From the NCBI GenBank assembly GCA_964562725.1, contig CAZLUR010000001.1, positions 34,301 to 98,300 of the forward strand: a stretch of DNA of 64,000 nucleotides, given 5' to 3'. The first letter of the stretch is position 1. Each line of letters opens with the position of its first letter. Shown in pieces: positions 1 to 9,588 of this stretch. The notes beneath the pieces were generated by a model. It was not told the DNA's origin. It ran no database searches and saw nothing but the letters and a program-made list of their open reading frames with translations. A program made the position numbers and the translations under genes. The DNA is from an uncultured Desulfohalobiaceae bacterium (lineage in GTDB: Bacteria > Desulfobacterota > Desulfovibrionia > Desulfovibrionales > Desulfothermaceae).

Positions 1-335
1 ACCCCGGTCTCGGCCCTGGTCCTGACCTCGGCCCTGACATGGACCTTGTGCCTTAGCGGATCAAGCTCGAAATCTATCTGGATGTGGGTCAGCTGGATGG
101 GATGGCACAAGGGGATAAGATCTGAGGTTTTCTTTGCAGCCTGAATTCCGGCTATTTTGGCAGTGGTCAAGACGTCGCCTTTGGGCAAGGCTTTTTCCTG
201 CAGCAGGGCAAAGGTTTGCGCAGAAAGTTCCACACAACAGGCAAAAACCGCTCTGCGCTGTGTGGCTTCCTTGGCACTTGTATCCACCATACGCAGGGCG
301 CCCTGTTCATCAACATGACTCAATTTGGCGCTCAA
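1..335 (-). CDS. moaC: Cyclic pyranopterin monophosphate synthase MoaC (3' end runs off the left edge)
   Basis: Absent from the ORF track because it has no ATG. Hand translation of the minus strand from about 335 gives ELSAKLSHVDEQGALRMVDTSAKEATQRRAV...LPKGDVLTTAKIAGIQAAKKTSDLIPLCHPIQLTHIQIDFELD, which are MoaC hallmarks (MVD.S.K, KGDVL, IAGI.AAK.T..LIPLCHP). The likely start is TTG at 335 or 323, directly after the dnaJ stop. Confidence 0.8.
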   Translation of the reverse strand, partial: MSAKLSHVDEQGALRMVDTSAKEATQRRAVFACCVELSAQTFALLQEKALPKGDVLTTAKIAGIQAAKKTSDLIPLCHPIQLTHIQIDFELDPLRHKVHVRAEVRTRAETG

Positions 336-336
336 T

Positions 337-1443
337 TCAAGAATCTCCCATGGCTCTCTTGAAGAAGTCTCTGACTTTGCGGCTGGGCTTTTCCTCTTCT
401 AGTTGGGAGAATTCCCGCAACAGCTCTTCCTGGCGTTTATTCAGCTTGGTGGGGGTCAGGACCTTGACCTGCACTATGAGGTCACCTTTTTGGCTGCTGC
501 CGAGATGGGGCACACCCAGTCCTTTTAGCTTAAAGCTTTGCCCGTTCTGGGTGCCCCTGGGAATGTTCATGGGAACCGGCTCATCCAGGCTGGGCACCTC
601 TATCTTGTCCCCCAAGGCGGCCTGGACCATGCTCAGCTCTACCGGTACTATGATGTCCTGGCCTTGCCTTTGGAACAATGGGTGCTCCTGAACATTGATG
701 ACCACGTAAAGGTCACCGTCCGGACCTCTGTTCTGCCCAGGCTCTCCCTCTCCGTGCAGGCGCAGGCGGCTGCCGTTTTCCACTCCAGCTGGAATATGAA
801 CCTTGAGATTCTTTTTTTCTTTGGTTATGCCCCGGCCTTTACATTGTTTACAGGGGTGGGCGACCATTTGCCCGCTGCCCCGGCAGATAGGACAGGGAGA
901 GGCAATGCGGAAGAATCCCTGGGTCTGGAATATCTGGCCCCGGCCGGAGCAGTGTTTGCAGACTTCAGGCTGATGCCCAGGCTCTACTCCTGAACCCTGA
1001 CAGGTTGTGCAGGGCATATCCTTGGGAATTTGCAGCTCAGTATCTGTTCCGCGTACTGCCTCTTCAAAGCTGATGGTCAGATTGTAGCGCAGGTCTGCAC
1101 CTGGTTTGGGCCTGGGCCCCTTGCGTCTGGCACCACTGAAGCCGAACACGTCGCCAAATATATCACTGAAAGTATCAAAGATGTCCTGAGCCGAAGCATG
1201 ATCGTAGTAATTCTGGCCGTTGACTCCGGCATGTCCGAATCGATCGTAATTGGAGCGCTTTTCTGGATCGCTTAAAATCTCGTAGGCCGTTTAGTGTTTC
1301 TAGAAAATTTGTTCTGCATCAGGATCATCAGGGTTGCGATCCGGGTGGTACTCAAATGCCAACTTGCGATAGGCCCGTTTGATCTCCTCCCCAGTGGCTG
1401 ATGTAGAAATACCCAGAATTTGATAGTAGTCGTTTTTGGACAT
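337..1443 (-). pseudogene. dnaJ: Chaperone DnaJ, full length in one frame (368 codons) but interrupted by two in-frame stops at codons 48 (TAG, 1302-1300) and 51 (TAA, 1293-1291)
   Basis: Hand translation from ATG 1443 gives [71 protein letters not shown]...GDVFGFSGARRKGPRP. It then continues into track ORF 337..1149, which has four CxxCxGxG zinc-finger repeats and a C-terminal substrate-binding domain. The J domain with HPD is intact apart from the 5-codon patch. Confidence 0.85.
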
Positions 1444-1445
1444 AG

Positions 1446-1661
1446 CTAATCAACCTTGATACCGGCTTCTTTTATTTGTGATTTTAAGACTATTTTACCT
1501 GCAGCTACTTCCCGCAAGGCTGTGACTACTTCCTTGTTGTCGGTCTTGATCAAGGGCGGATAGTCCTCGCGGTACATTTTGACCCTTTTGATGGCCATCT
1601 GGGCAATGACAAATCTATTGTTAACTTTCTGCAATGCATCTTCCACTGTAATACGCGCCAT
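1446..1661 (-). CDS. rpoZ: DNA-directed RNA polymerase subunit omega
   Basis: [30 protein letters not shown]... is the typical RpoZ N terminus. I used the internal ATG of track ORF 1446..1712. The TAG stop lies 2 nt before the dnaJ ATG. Confidence 0.85.
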   Translation of the reverse strand: MARITVEDALQKVNNRFVIAQMAIKRVKMYREDYPPLIKTDNKEVVTALREVAAGKIVLKSQIKEAGIKVD

Positions 1662-1846
1662 ATTGCACCTGCCTTGAATATGTATGCTATAAGTTGCTAA
1701 AAACAAAGCCAAGCGAAAAAAACAGTCAGGATAATGGCTCAGCTTGACACCAGGCCTGGCTTCGTGCTTGAACTTATCTTGCTTGCCAGCGGCCCAATAA
1801 CTTAAAATTTATAAACACAATATCCAGGCTAGTCAACAGGCCGGTC

Positions 1847-2617
1847 ATGTATGCCAGGGTTGAACCAGAAATGCGCACTGCTTACAAAAAATTAAGTTTT
1901 GCCCAAAAGTCCTGCCTGAGCAAGGCGGGTAAGCTCATGTACCAGACTTCAATGCTCAGGCCAGGGGCCAGGCTGGGGGTGGCTGTCTCCGGGGGCATGG
2001 ACAGCTGGGCCCTTTTGCAGGTGCTTTTACTGCACAGGAAAAAGTTGCCCTTTAGAATAGAATTATTAATCCTGCACATTAATCCGGGATTTTGCCGGAG
2101 CAACCATCTGCCCTTGCTGGATTGGCTGCGCAGCAATGGACTTGCCGGGCATGTACAGTTAGCGGACATGGGACCCAGGGCCCATTCTGCTGAAAACAAG
2201 AAGAACTCGCCTTGTTTTTTTTGCAGCTGGCACAGACGCAAAAGGCTTTTTTATCTGGTCAAAAAATATGCCTTGACCCATTTGGCTCTGGGCCACAATG
2301 CAGATGACCTGGTGCAGAATTTTTTCTTGAATATCTTTTATGCCGGCCGGATAGAGGGCATGTATCCCAGGGAATCTTATTTCCAGGGTGAATTCGAATT
2401 GATCAGACCCTTGCTCTTGCTGGAAAAGCGAATCATTCAGAAGGCTGTCCAGGACTGGAAATTGCCGGTCTGGGACAATCCCTGCCCCTCTGCAGAAAAA
2501 AGTAAAAGGAGCGAGACAGAGCTTTGGCTGCAACAGATTTGGGGCCGGAACAAGCGGCTGCGTAAGAATGTGTTCAGTGCATTGCAGCGCTGGCAGATGC
2601 AAAACCCTATGCCCTAA
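1847..2617 (+). CDS. PP-loop ATPase, TtcA-like tRNA 2-thiocytidine synthase family
   Basis: Has the SGGMDS PP-loop, CFFCSWHRRKRLF (the CxxC-S-x-x-RR motif of TtcA) and LALGHNADD. Confidence 0.7.
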   Translation: MYARVEPEMRTAYKKLSFAQKSCLSKAGKLMYQTSMLRPGARLGVAVSGGMDSWALLQVLLLHRKKLPFRIELLILHINPGFCRSNHLPLLDWLRSNGLAGHVQLADMGPRAHSAENKKNSPCFFCSWHRRKRLFYLVKKYALTHLALGHNADDLVQNFFLNIFYAGRIEGMYPRESYFQGEFELIRPLLLLEKRIIQKAVQDWKLPVWDNPCPSAEKSKRSETELWLQQIWGRNKRLRKNVFSALQRWQMQNPMP

Positions 2618-2640
2618 CTACAGGCCTCATTTGGAGCAGC

Positions 2641-3639
2641 ATGTCAGACAATTATTTACCCATAGCCCAGGATCAACCCTGGCTGGCACCCATGGCCGGG
2701 TTTTCAGATCTGCCCTTTAGGCTGCTCTGCAGGGAATTGGGCTGTAGCGCGGCCTGTACAGAAATGGTCAGTGCCAAGGGTTTGGTGCTGGGCCAGGTCA
2801 GCTGGAGGCTGCTTAAGACCTGTGACCTGGATGCTCCCCTTGTGGTCCAGGTCTTTGGCTGGGAAAAGCAATTTATCAGGCAGGCCTTGACCATGCTTCT
2901 GGATAAGGGGTTTTGCTATTTTGACTTGAATGCCGGCTGTGCAGTGAAAAAAGTGACCAAAACCGGAGCAGGGGCGGCCTTGCTGCAGGAACCTTCCAGA
3001 CTGGTTGATCTGGCGGGGGAAATGAGCAGCCTGGCAGGGCCCGGCAGGGTGGGGGTCAAACTGCGCACTGGTTGGGAAACAGGCCAAAAGACCTTTCTGG
3101 GTTTGGGCCGGGAACTGGAAAGCTTGGGCCTTGGCTGGATCACCCTGCATCCAAGGTCTGCCAAACAGGGATTTACAGGCTATGCGGATTGGTCTTTGCT
3201 CAAAGAACTACAAACCAGTGTGGGTTTGCCTGTAATGGGCAGCGGGGACCTGTTTACAGCCTGGCAAGGCAGGCAATGCCTGGAACAGACTGGGATCCAA
3301 GGAGTGATGTTCGCCAGGGGAGCTTTGAGCAATCCTGGTATTTTTTTGGAATTCAAGGATATTTTGCGTAAGGGCCAGGATTTTGAGCAGCCCAGTAGAC
3401 AGGAGCCAGCAGTCAGGCTGCAAAAATTACAAAGCATCATGCTGCGTCATATACAACTTAGCAAAAAGTATGCCCAAGATCCCGGAAACTTTTTAAAGAT
3501 GCGTACTGTACTTCCCAAATATCTGAAAGGTGTGCATCAGGCCAGGATGCTGCGTTCCAGAATTATAACCTGCCGGGACTGGGGGGAATTACAGTCCTTG
3601 GTCCAAGGAAACCGGGACGGTATCCCATTTGCAGATTAA
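2641..3639 (+). CDS. dus: tRNA-dihydrouridine synthase
   Basis: LAPMAGFSDLPFRLLCRELG, DLNAGC..KKV and the TIM-barrel Dus pattern; 332 aa. Confidence 0.85.
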   Translation: MSDNYLPIAQDQPWLAPMAGFSDLPFRLLCRELGCSAACTEMVSAKGLVLGQVSWRLLKTCDLDAPLVVQVFGWEKQFIRQALTMLLDKGFCYFDLNAGCAVKKVTKTGAGAALLQEPSRLVDLAGEMSSLAGPGRVGVKLRTGWETGQKTFLGLGRELESLGLGWITLHPRSAKQGFTGYADWSLLKELQTSVGLPVMGSGDLFTAWQGRQCLEQTGIQGVMFARGALSNPGIFLEFKDILRKGQDFEQPSRQEPAVRLQKLQSIMLRHIQLSKKYAQDPGNFLKMRTVLPKYLKGVHQARMLRSRIITCRDWGELQSLVQGNRDGIPFAD

Positions 3640-3696
3640 TTCAAAGGCATAACCTGTTCTGCTCTTAGATATACCCAGGCTGAGGAGTAAAAAGCT

Positions 3697-4563
3697 ATGC
3701 CCGAGATAATACGCGCTCAAAGCGCTGGTTTTTGTATGGGAGTTGATTTGGCCTTGCGTAAACTGGACCAGGTGCTGGCCAGCAGAAGCGGGGATCAGGC
3801 GGTTTGTACCCTGGGACCGATCATACACAATCCCCAGGTTCTGGAGTATTATGCCTCGCAAGGAGTGCGCCAGATTCAGGATATGGCTTCGGTGCCAGCC
3901 AGGAGTAAGTTGGTGATCCGGGCCCATGGCATACCAAGACATTTGCAGCAGGCGCTGCAACTAAAAGGCGTGGATATTGAGGATGCTACCTGTCCCAAAG
4001 TGCAAAAGGCCCAGAAGCTGATCCAGGAACAATGCAGCAAGCGCCGGCATCTGCTTTTATTTGGAGAAAGAGAACATCCAGAAGTTGCTGGTCTGCTTAG
4101 CTATGCCTGCAACAGCGCCTTTGTATTTGAAAATCTGCAAGAACTGCAGGAGCTGCAATTGTTGCAGCATGGTTCTTTCTTCCTGGCGGCCCAGACCACT
4201 CAGGATAGAAAGGAATTCAATCAGATCAAAGAGTATTTGCAGGGTTGGATTGATCCTTACCTACCAGTGTTTGATACAATCTGCGACACTACCAGACAGC
4301 GCCAGCAGGAGGCCTTGGAGCTGGCCCTGGCCGTGGATCTGGTGGTGGTAGTTGGAGGCTTTGACAGCGGCAATACCAGAAGGCTGGTGCAAGTGGTGCG
4401 TTCAGTTGGAGTGCAGGGAATGCATGTGCAGGATGAACAGGATCTCAGCCCGGAGAAGCTGCAGGGTAGAACAAAGATCGGCCTGACTGCTGGGGCTTCT
4501 ACTCCAAAATTTGTTATAGACAGGGTACACAGCGCTTTGCAGGGCTTTATGACGCAGGGATAG
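3697..4563 (+). CDS. ispH: 4-hydroxy-3-methylbut-2-enyl diphosphate reductase
   Basis: AGFCMGVDLALRKL, GPIIHNPQV, ATCPKV and VVVGGFDSGNT (IspH/LytB motifs); 288 aa. Confidence 0.9.
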   Translation: MPEIIRAQSAGFCMGVDLALRKLDQVLASRSGDQAVCTLGPIIHNPQVLEYYASQGVRQIQDMASVPARSKLVIRAHGIPRHLQQALQLKGVDIEDATCPKVQKAQKLIQEQCSKRRHLLLFGEREHPEVAGLLSYACNSAFVFENLQELQELQLLQHGSFFLAAQTTQDRKEFNQIKEYLQGWIDPYLPVFDTICDTTRQRQQEALELALAVDLVVVVGGFDSGNTRRLVQVVRSVGVQGMHVQDEQDLSPEKLQGRTKIGLTAGASTPKFVIDRVHSALQGFMTQG

Positions 4564-4593
4564 TCAAAGGGTTGATCAGCCAGGAGCAAGACT

Positions 4594-5286
4594 TTAGGCG
4601 GAGTCCAGTTTTTGCAAGGCCTGTCGGGCTGCGTCCTGCTCAGCCTTTTTCAGGCTGGATTCACTGGCCATGAAACTTCTGCCGTCAGGCAAAGTCAACT
4701 GTACGCAATAGGTCTTGGCATGCTCCGGGCCGAAACTGTTCTGCAGGATATAGACCGGCCTGGACTTGAACAATTGCTGGGTCATTTCCTGCAGCCTGCT
4801 TTTATAGTCTTTTTTGTCAGGCAGATTCGGAGTGTGGGGCCAAAGATTCTGGAAAAGTTGCAAAATAAGCTCTTTTGCCCTTGCGTAGCCAGCGTCCAGG
4901 AACACCGCTCCGAACAGGGACTCCAAAGTATCGCAGAGCACCGCCTCCCGCTCCCTGCCACCCTGGTTTTCCTCGCCCCGGCCTAAAAATATGTGCTCTT
5001 GCAAATGCAGCTCCCGGGCCAAAAAAGCCAGAGTTGGCTCGCTGACCAGGCGTGATCTGATTCGGGTCAGGTCACCTTCTCTGGCATGCCTATAGCGATG
5101 GAAAAGCTCCTCAGAGATGCAGAGTTCCAAGACAGCATCCCCCAAAAATTCCAGACGCTCGTTATTTTGGGCCCGGGAGTCTGTCTCGTTGGCGTAGGAG
5201 CTATGGGTCAGGGCCTGCAGCAACAGGTCCTGATCCTGAAAGGCATAACCAATATTTTTTTGTAAAATCTGCAATCCTTGCTGCAT
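4594..5286 (-). CDS. rnc: Ribonuclease III
   Basis: NERLEFLGDAVLEL RNase III signature plus a C-terminal dsRBD; 230 aa. Confidence 0.92.
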   Translation of the reverse strand: MQQGLQILQKNIGYAFQDQDLLLQALTHSSYANETDSRAQNNERLEFLGDAVLELCISEELFHRYRHAREGDLTRIRSRLVSEPTLAFLARELHLQEHIFLGRGEENQGGREREAVLCDTLESLFGAVFLDAGYARAKELILQLFQNLWPHTPNLPDKKDYKSRLQEMTQQLFKSRPVYILQNSFGPEHAKTYCVQLTLPDGRSFMASESSLKKAEQDAARQALQKLDSA

Positions 5287-5288
5287 GG

Positions 5289-5765
5289 CTATCTTCCTGG
5301 GTCCCGGGGTAGATCCCGGCGGGAGGCCTGTTCCCTGGCCAGGCGGTCGCAGAGTTCATTCTCAGTCTGGCCCTGGTGGGCCTGCACCCAATGCATTCTG
5401 ACCTCGTGCCTGTCCAAGAGTTTTTGCAGTTCCTGCCAGAGGTCCTGATTTTTTACAGGTTTGCCTGTAGAGGCCTTCCAGCTGTTTTTCCGCCAGCGTT
5501 TCAGCCAGCCTTTGTGTAAAGCATCATGCAGATATCTTGAATCAGTATACAGATTGACCAGGCACTTTTGTTGCAGGCTCTGCAGGCCTTTGATTGCGGC
5601 CAGGAGCTCCATGCGGTTGTTTGTAGTCTCCGCCAGGCCGCCGCTGATCTCTTTTTTATTTGCGCCGCAGGACAAGACAGCTGCCCAGCCCCCAGGGCCT
5701 GGATTGCCCAGGCAGGAACCGTCGGTATAGATGGTTACCTGCGGCATGTTTGACTCTTCAGGCAT
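5289..5765 (-). CDS. rnhA: Ribonuclease HI
   Basis: VTIYTDGSCLGNPGPGGWAAVL, TNNRMEL, TDS.Y; 158 aa. Confidence 0.9.
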   Translation of the reverse strand: MPEESNMPQVTIYTDGSCLGNPGPGGWAAVLSCGANKKEISGGLAETTNNRMELLAAIKGLQSLQQKCLVNLYTDSRYLHDALHKGWLKRWRKNSWKASTGKPVKNQDLWQELQKLLDRHEVRMHWVQAHQGQTENELCDRLAREQASRRDLPRDPGR

Positions 5766-7149
5766 GTCGGCCCTTTTCCAGGCTGTGGATAATCCTCTGC
5801 AATGGTTCTTGCATCAAAGCTCTGATCTCTTGCAGACGGTTCTCAGTTTGGGCCTCGAAGCGCAGCACCAAAACAGGCTGGGTATTGGAAGCCCTGACCA
5901 GGCCCCAGCCATCAGAAAAATTGAGCCGGACCCCATCAATGTCCAGCAGCTCATATGAGCCATTGGCCTTTTGGAAATATTCCAGCAACTGCTGTACAGC
6001 TGTGAACTTGAATTCTTCTGGGCATTGCATCCTGATTTCAGGAGTAGATAGCACCTGGGGCCAATCCTGCAGGTAAGTGCTCAAAGGGGTTTCAGGATTG
6101 CGATCCAGGATTTCCAAGAGCCTCTGGGCTGCGTACAAAGCATCGTCATAGCCATAATAACGTTCTGCAAAGAACATATGACCGCTCATTTCGCCGGCCA
6201 GCAGGGCACCGGTTTCCTGCATCCTGGCTTTGATCAGGGAGTGGCCTGTTTTGTACATCTCAACCTGTCCGCCATGGGCCTGGATGTCTTTGTACAATAA
6301 GTGGCTGCATTTTACTTCCCCCAAGATCAAGGCCCCAGGTCTGCGGGTCAAGAGGTCCCGGGCATAAATGGCCAGGAGTTTGTCCCCGTAGATAACCTGA
6401 CCATTTTCATCCAGTACTCCCAGCCTGTCCCCGTCCCCGTCCAGGCCCAGACCCAGATGGGCCTGGTGTCTTAGCACCTCGACCCGCAGATCCTCCAAGT
6501 TTTCCAGTGCTGTAGGGTCGGGATGGTGGTGCGGAAAGTCGGGATCTGGGCGGCAGTAAAGTTCAATGACCTGCGCTCCAATGCGGCGCAAAAGCTCTGC
6601 GCAGAGCTCTGCAGCGCTGCCGTTGCCGCCATCCAAGACCACCCGCACGGGGTGCTGCAGCCTGGTCTGGCCAGAGAGCTCCTGTAGATAGTCCCGGGTC
6701 AGGTCAAGTTCGCAGGCCAGGCCCTGGCCCTGGGTGAACTCGCCTTTTTGCATGATATGCAGGATTTTTTGGATCTCTTGGCTATGGATGGTGTTGTCCT
6801 GACACCAGATCTTAAAGCCATTGAAATCTGGCGGATTGTGGCTGGCGGTGATCATAATCCCGGCATTTTTTTGCAGTTTTTTGATTGCAAAATAAAAAAG
6901 CGGTGTAGGCCCCATAGGCAAAAAGATTACGTCCAGCCCGCAGGAGGTCAGGCCTTGGACTATGTTTTGCTGATACTGTGGGGAGCTGCGCCTGCAGTCT
7001 CGGCCCACTACTGCGCTGGTGCAGCCCTGCTGCAGAAAATATGTACCACAGGCCCGGCCCAGGGTGTAGACCCAGTGCGGGTCAAAGTCTTGGCCCACCA
7101 GGCCCCGGATGTCATAGGCCCGGAATACATGGGTATTAATCTGCAGCAT
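5758..7149 (-). CDS. Phosphomannomutase/phosphoglucomutase (alpha-D-phosphohexomutase family)
   Basis: FRAYDIRG, the active-site loop TASHNPPDFNGFK and the metal loop DGDGDR; 463 aa. Confidence 0.88.
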   Translation of the reverse strand: MLQINTHVFRAYDIRGLVGQDFDPHWVYTLGRACGTYFLQQGCTSAVVGRDCRRSSPQYQQNIVQGLTSCGLDVIFLPMGPTPLFYFAIKKLQKNAGIMITASHNPPDFNGFKIWCQDNTIHSQEIQKILHIMQKGEFTQGQGLACELDLTRDYLQELSGQTRLQHPVRVVLDGGNGSAAELCAELLRRIGAQVIELYCRPDPDFPHHHPDPTALENLEDLRVEVLRHQAHLGLGLDGDGDRLGVLDENGQVIYGDKLLAIYARDLLTRRPGALILGEVKCSHLLYKDIQAHGGQVEMYKTGHSLIKARMQETGALLAGEMSGHMFFAERYYGYDDALYAAQRLLEILDRNPETPLSTYLQDWPQVLSTPEIRMQCPEEFKFTAVQQLLEYFQKANGSYELLDIDGVRLNFSDGWGLVRASNTQPVLVLRFEAQTENRLQEIRALMQEPLQRIIHSLEKGRHA

Positions 7150-7369
7150 TGTTTTCTCCTGGTTAGGCTTTTAGGAAACTTGCAGAAACTTTGCAAAACA
7201 CTGCTTGTCCGGGCAAGTGTAAGGCACTTTTATTTCTGGCGCAAGCTTAGCAATGCTGTAGGGGGTTATTAGCAAACCAGTTCAGGCATCTTGGCCTAAG
7301 CGCAGTTTGTCTTTGCAGTAGAAAAATATTTGCTTGACCCAGAGTCAGGACTAAGGTATAGCTCTAGAC

Positions 7370-8452
7370 ATGAACTGGGATTGGGAAAAACTACAGGAAA
7401 GGCGGCAAGGGCGAAGCCCTGGAGGTTCAGGAAGACCTCCGGGCCCGGATTTCGATGCCTTGAAAAATAAGCTTCAGAATCTGAAGTGGTTCAGGTCTTC
7501 TGGTCTGATGCTGCTTGTGGGATTGGTGGCACTAATCTGGCTGGCTTCAGGCTTTTATATTGTCAACCCGGATGAAGTCGGGGTGGTGCAGCGCTTCGGG
7601 GCATTTACCCGCATCACCCAGCCTGGTCCGCACTATCATCTGCCCTATCCCTTGGAGAGGGTCAGCACGCCGAGCGTGACCGAGATCAAGCGGCAGGAGA
7701 TAGGCTTCAGGTCTGCGGCTGATCCAGGAGAAATTGGTCAGATTGAGTACAGGCATGTGCCAAAGGAAGCTTTGATGCTCACTGGTGATGAGAATATCGT
7801 GGACGTGCGCTTTATCGTGCAGTATAGGATCAGGGAGGCGAAAAACTACCTGTTTAATATCAGCTCCCCGGAAAAGACGGTCAAGGATGCGGCAGAGGCT
7901 GCCATGCGCGATGTGGTGGGCAAGAATGAAATCGATCCCATCCTGACCACGGCCAAGATGCAGATCCAAAACGAGACCCAGGCCCTGCTGCAGCAGATGA
8001 TGAATGACTACAAAAGCGGCATCCAGATCAATGCGGTCAAGCTCCAGGACGTGCACCCCCCCCAGGATGTGATAGAGGCATTCCGGGACGTGGCCAGCGC
8101 GCGCGAGGACCGTATCAGACAGATCAACCAGGGCATGGCCCACCGCAACCAGATTCTGCCCCAGGCCCGGGGCAGGGCCGCTAGCATAACCAACGAGGCA
8201 GAGGCCTACAAGGAATCCAAGATCAGGCAGGCCAAGGGTGAAGCCCAGAGGTTCAGCGATCTCTGGCAGGAATATTCCCAGGCCCAAGGTGTGACCAGGA
8301 AGCGCCTCTACCTGGAAACCATGCAGAAGGTACTGCAGGATTCAGGGGCCAAAGTGCTGTTCTCCAGGGATGCGGCTCAGCAGGTGGTGCCCTACCTCCC
8401 ATTGGAGGAGCTGCGCAGGCCTGGCAGATCAGCTGCAGAGAACAAGGAATAG
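7370..8452 (+). CDS. hflK: FtsH protease modulator HflK (SPFH/band 7)
   Basis: Gly/Pro-rich N terminus, one TM segment, SPFH domain, and hflC immediately downstream. Confidence 0.88.
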   Translation: MNWDWEKLQERRQGRSPGGSGRPPGPDFDALKNKLQNLKWFRSSGLMLLVGLVALIWLASGFYIVNPDEVGVVQRFGAFTRITQPGPHYHLPYPLERVSTPSVTEIKRQEIGFRSAADPGEIGQIEYRHVPKEALMLTGDENIVDVRFIVQYRIREAKNYLFNISSPEKTVKDAAEAAMRDVVGKNEIDPILTTAKMQIQNETQALLQQMMNDYKSGIQINAVKLQDVHPPQDVIEAFRDVASAREDRIRQINQGMAHRNQILPQARGRAASITNEAEAYKESKIRQAKGEAQRFSDLWQEYSQAQGVTRKRLYLETMQKVLQDSGAKVLFSRDAAQQVVPYLPLEELRRPGRSAAENKE

Positions 8453-8538
8453 GATGTACATGCAGCTGCAACTGGCCAAGGCAGGTTTGATTTGGCCCAG
8501 GCTTCAAGCAGAACAAAGAAAAGGAGTGGATTGATTAT

Positions 8539-9414
8539 ATGGCAGTGCAAAAATCTCCGATAGCAGTGATAGTGGTCCTGGCCCTGTTGCTGCTGGGGAT
8601 CAGCCAGAGCTTTTATACCGTGGACGAAAAGGAAAGGGGGGTCCTGTTGCAACTGGGTAAGCCACTGGGAGAGACTGTGGGCCCTGGATTGCACTTCAAG
8701 CTGCCCTTTGTGCAAAGCGTGGTCAAGTTTGACCATCGGATCCTGGGCTATGACGCAGAGCCTGCAGAGATCATCACCAAGGACAAGAAAAACATGCTGG
8801 TGGATAACTATGCCCGCTGGCGCATAGCAGATCCCTTGAAGTTTTACCGCACCGCCAGGACATATGCAGGAGGGGCCTCCAGGCTGGACGACATAGTCTA
8901 TGCAGAGCTCAGGGTGGAGCTGGGCCGCTACGAATTGGTGGAGATCGTGTCTACAGAGCGGGATGCGATTATGGAAAAGGTCACTGATACAGTAAGGCAG
9001 GAGCTGGAAGATTACGGCATACACCTGGTTGATGTGCGCATCAAGCGCACGGATCTGCCCCAGGAGAACAGGCAGGCCATATTCTCCAGGATGCGCTCTG
9101 CCCGGGAGAGGCTGGCCAGGCAATACCGCTCAGAGGGTGAAGAGGAGATGACCAAGATCAAGGCAGAGGCAGAGCGGGACAGGGATATCCTTTTGGCTGA
9201 TGCCAAGCGCGAGGCAGAGATTCTGCGCGGCGAGGGGGATGCCCAGTCCACCAAAATCTACGCCCAAGCCTATAGCCAAGATGAGGAATTCTACGCTTTC
9301 CTGCGCAGCCTGGATGCCTATGAGAAAAGTTTCGGGGAAAATACCAATCTTGTACTGAGCCCGGAGTCAGAGTTCTTCAGATACTTTGACCAGGATCCAG
9401 AAAGCATGCACTAG
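8539..9414 (+). CDS. hflC: FtsH protease modulator HflC (SPFH/band 7)
   Basis: N-terminal TM segment, FYTVDEKERGVLLQLGK, SPFH domain; paired with hflK. Confidence 0.88.
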   Translation: MAVQKSPIAVIVVLALLLLGISQSFYTVDEKERGVLLQLGKPLGETVGPGLHFKLPFVQSVVKFDHRILGYDAEPAEIITKDKKNMLVDNYARWRIADPLKFYRTARTYAGGASRLDDIVYAELRVELGRYELVEIVSTERDAIMEKVTDTVRQELEDYGIHLVDVRIKRTDLPQENRQAIFSRMRSARERLARQYRSEGEEEMTKIKAEAERDRDILLADAKREAEILRGEGDAQSTKIYAQAYSQDEEFYAFLRSLDAYEKSFGENTNLVLSPESEFFRYFDQDPESMH

Positions 9415-9560
9415 CCAGATGCCTGGGCCTAGACAGTTATTCATTTGATATCGAGGTTAAGGAAAGGGTCCCCATGACGACCCTCCCCATTGTTTTGCCT
9501 GTTCAGCTCTGGCGGCAGGTGCCAGCTTGCTTCGACGGCTAGCTGGCCTATGAGCAGTAG

Positions 9561-9580
9561 GGGCGAATAATCATTCGCCC
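9561..9580. terminator. Hairpin between convergent hflC and the Gfo-family gene (gggcgaat-aatc-attcgccc)
   Basis: Perfect 8-bp stem with a 4-nt loop read directly. It is followed by tcttt on the + strand and sits 8 nt beyond the minus-strand stop at 9589. The U-tract is weak. Confidence 0.45.
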
Positions 9581-9588
9581 TCTTTGGC

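Noticed and set aside
134-993. Plus-strand ORFs 134..691 and 538..993
   Set aside because: They are antisense to moaC and dnaJ, whose minus-strand translations carry unmistakable family motifs.
7547-9123. Long minus-strand ORFs (7547..8287 and 8392..9123) opposite hflK and hflC
   Set aside because: These are antisense shadows of well-supported SPFH genes. The same applies to 31516..32286 (opposite ybaB/recR), 35835..36464 (opposite tig) and 26744..27385 (opposite mtnA).
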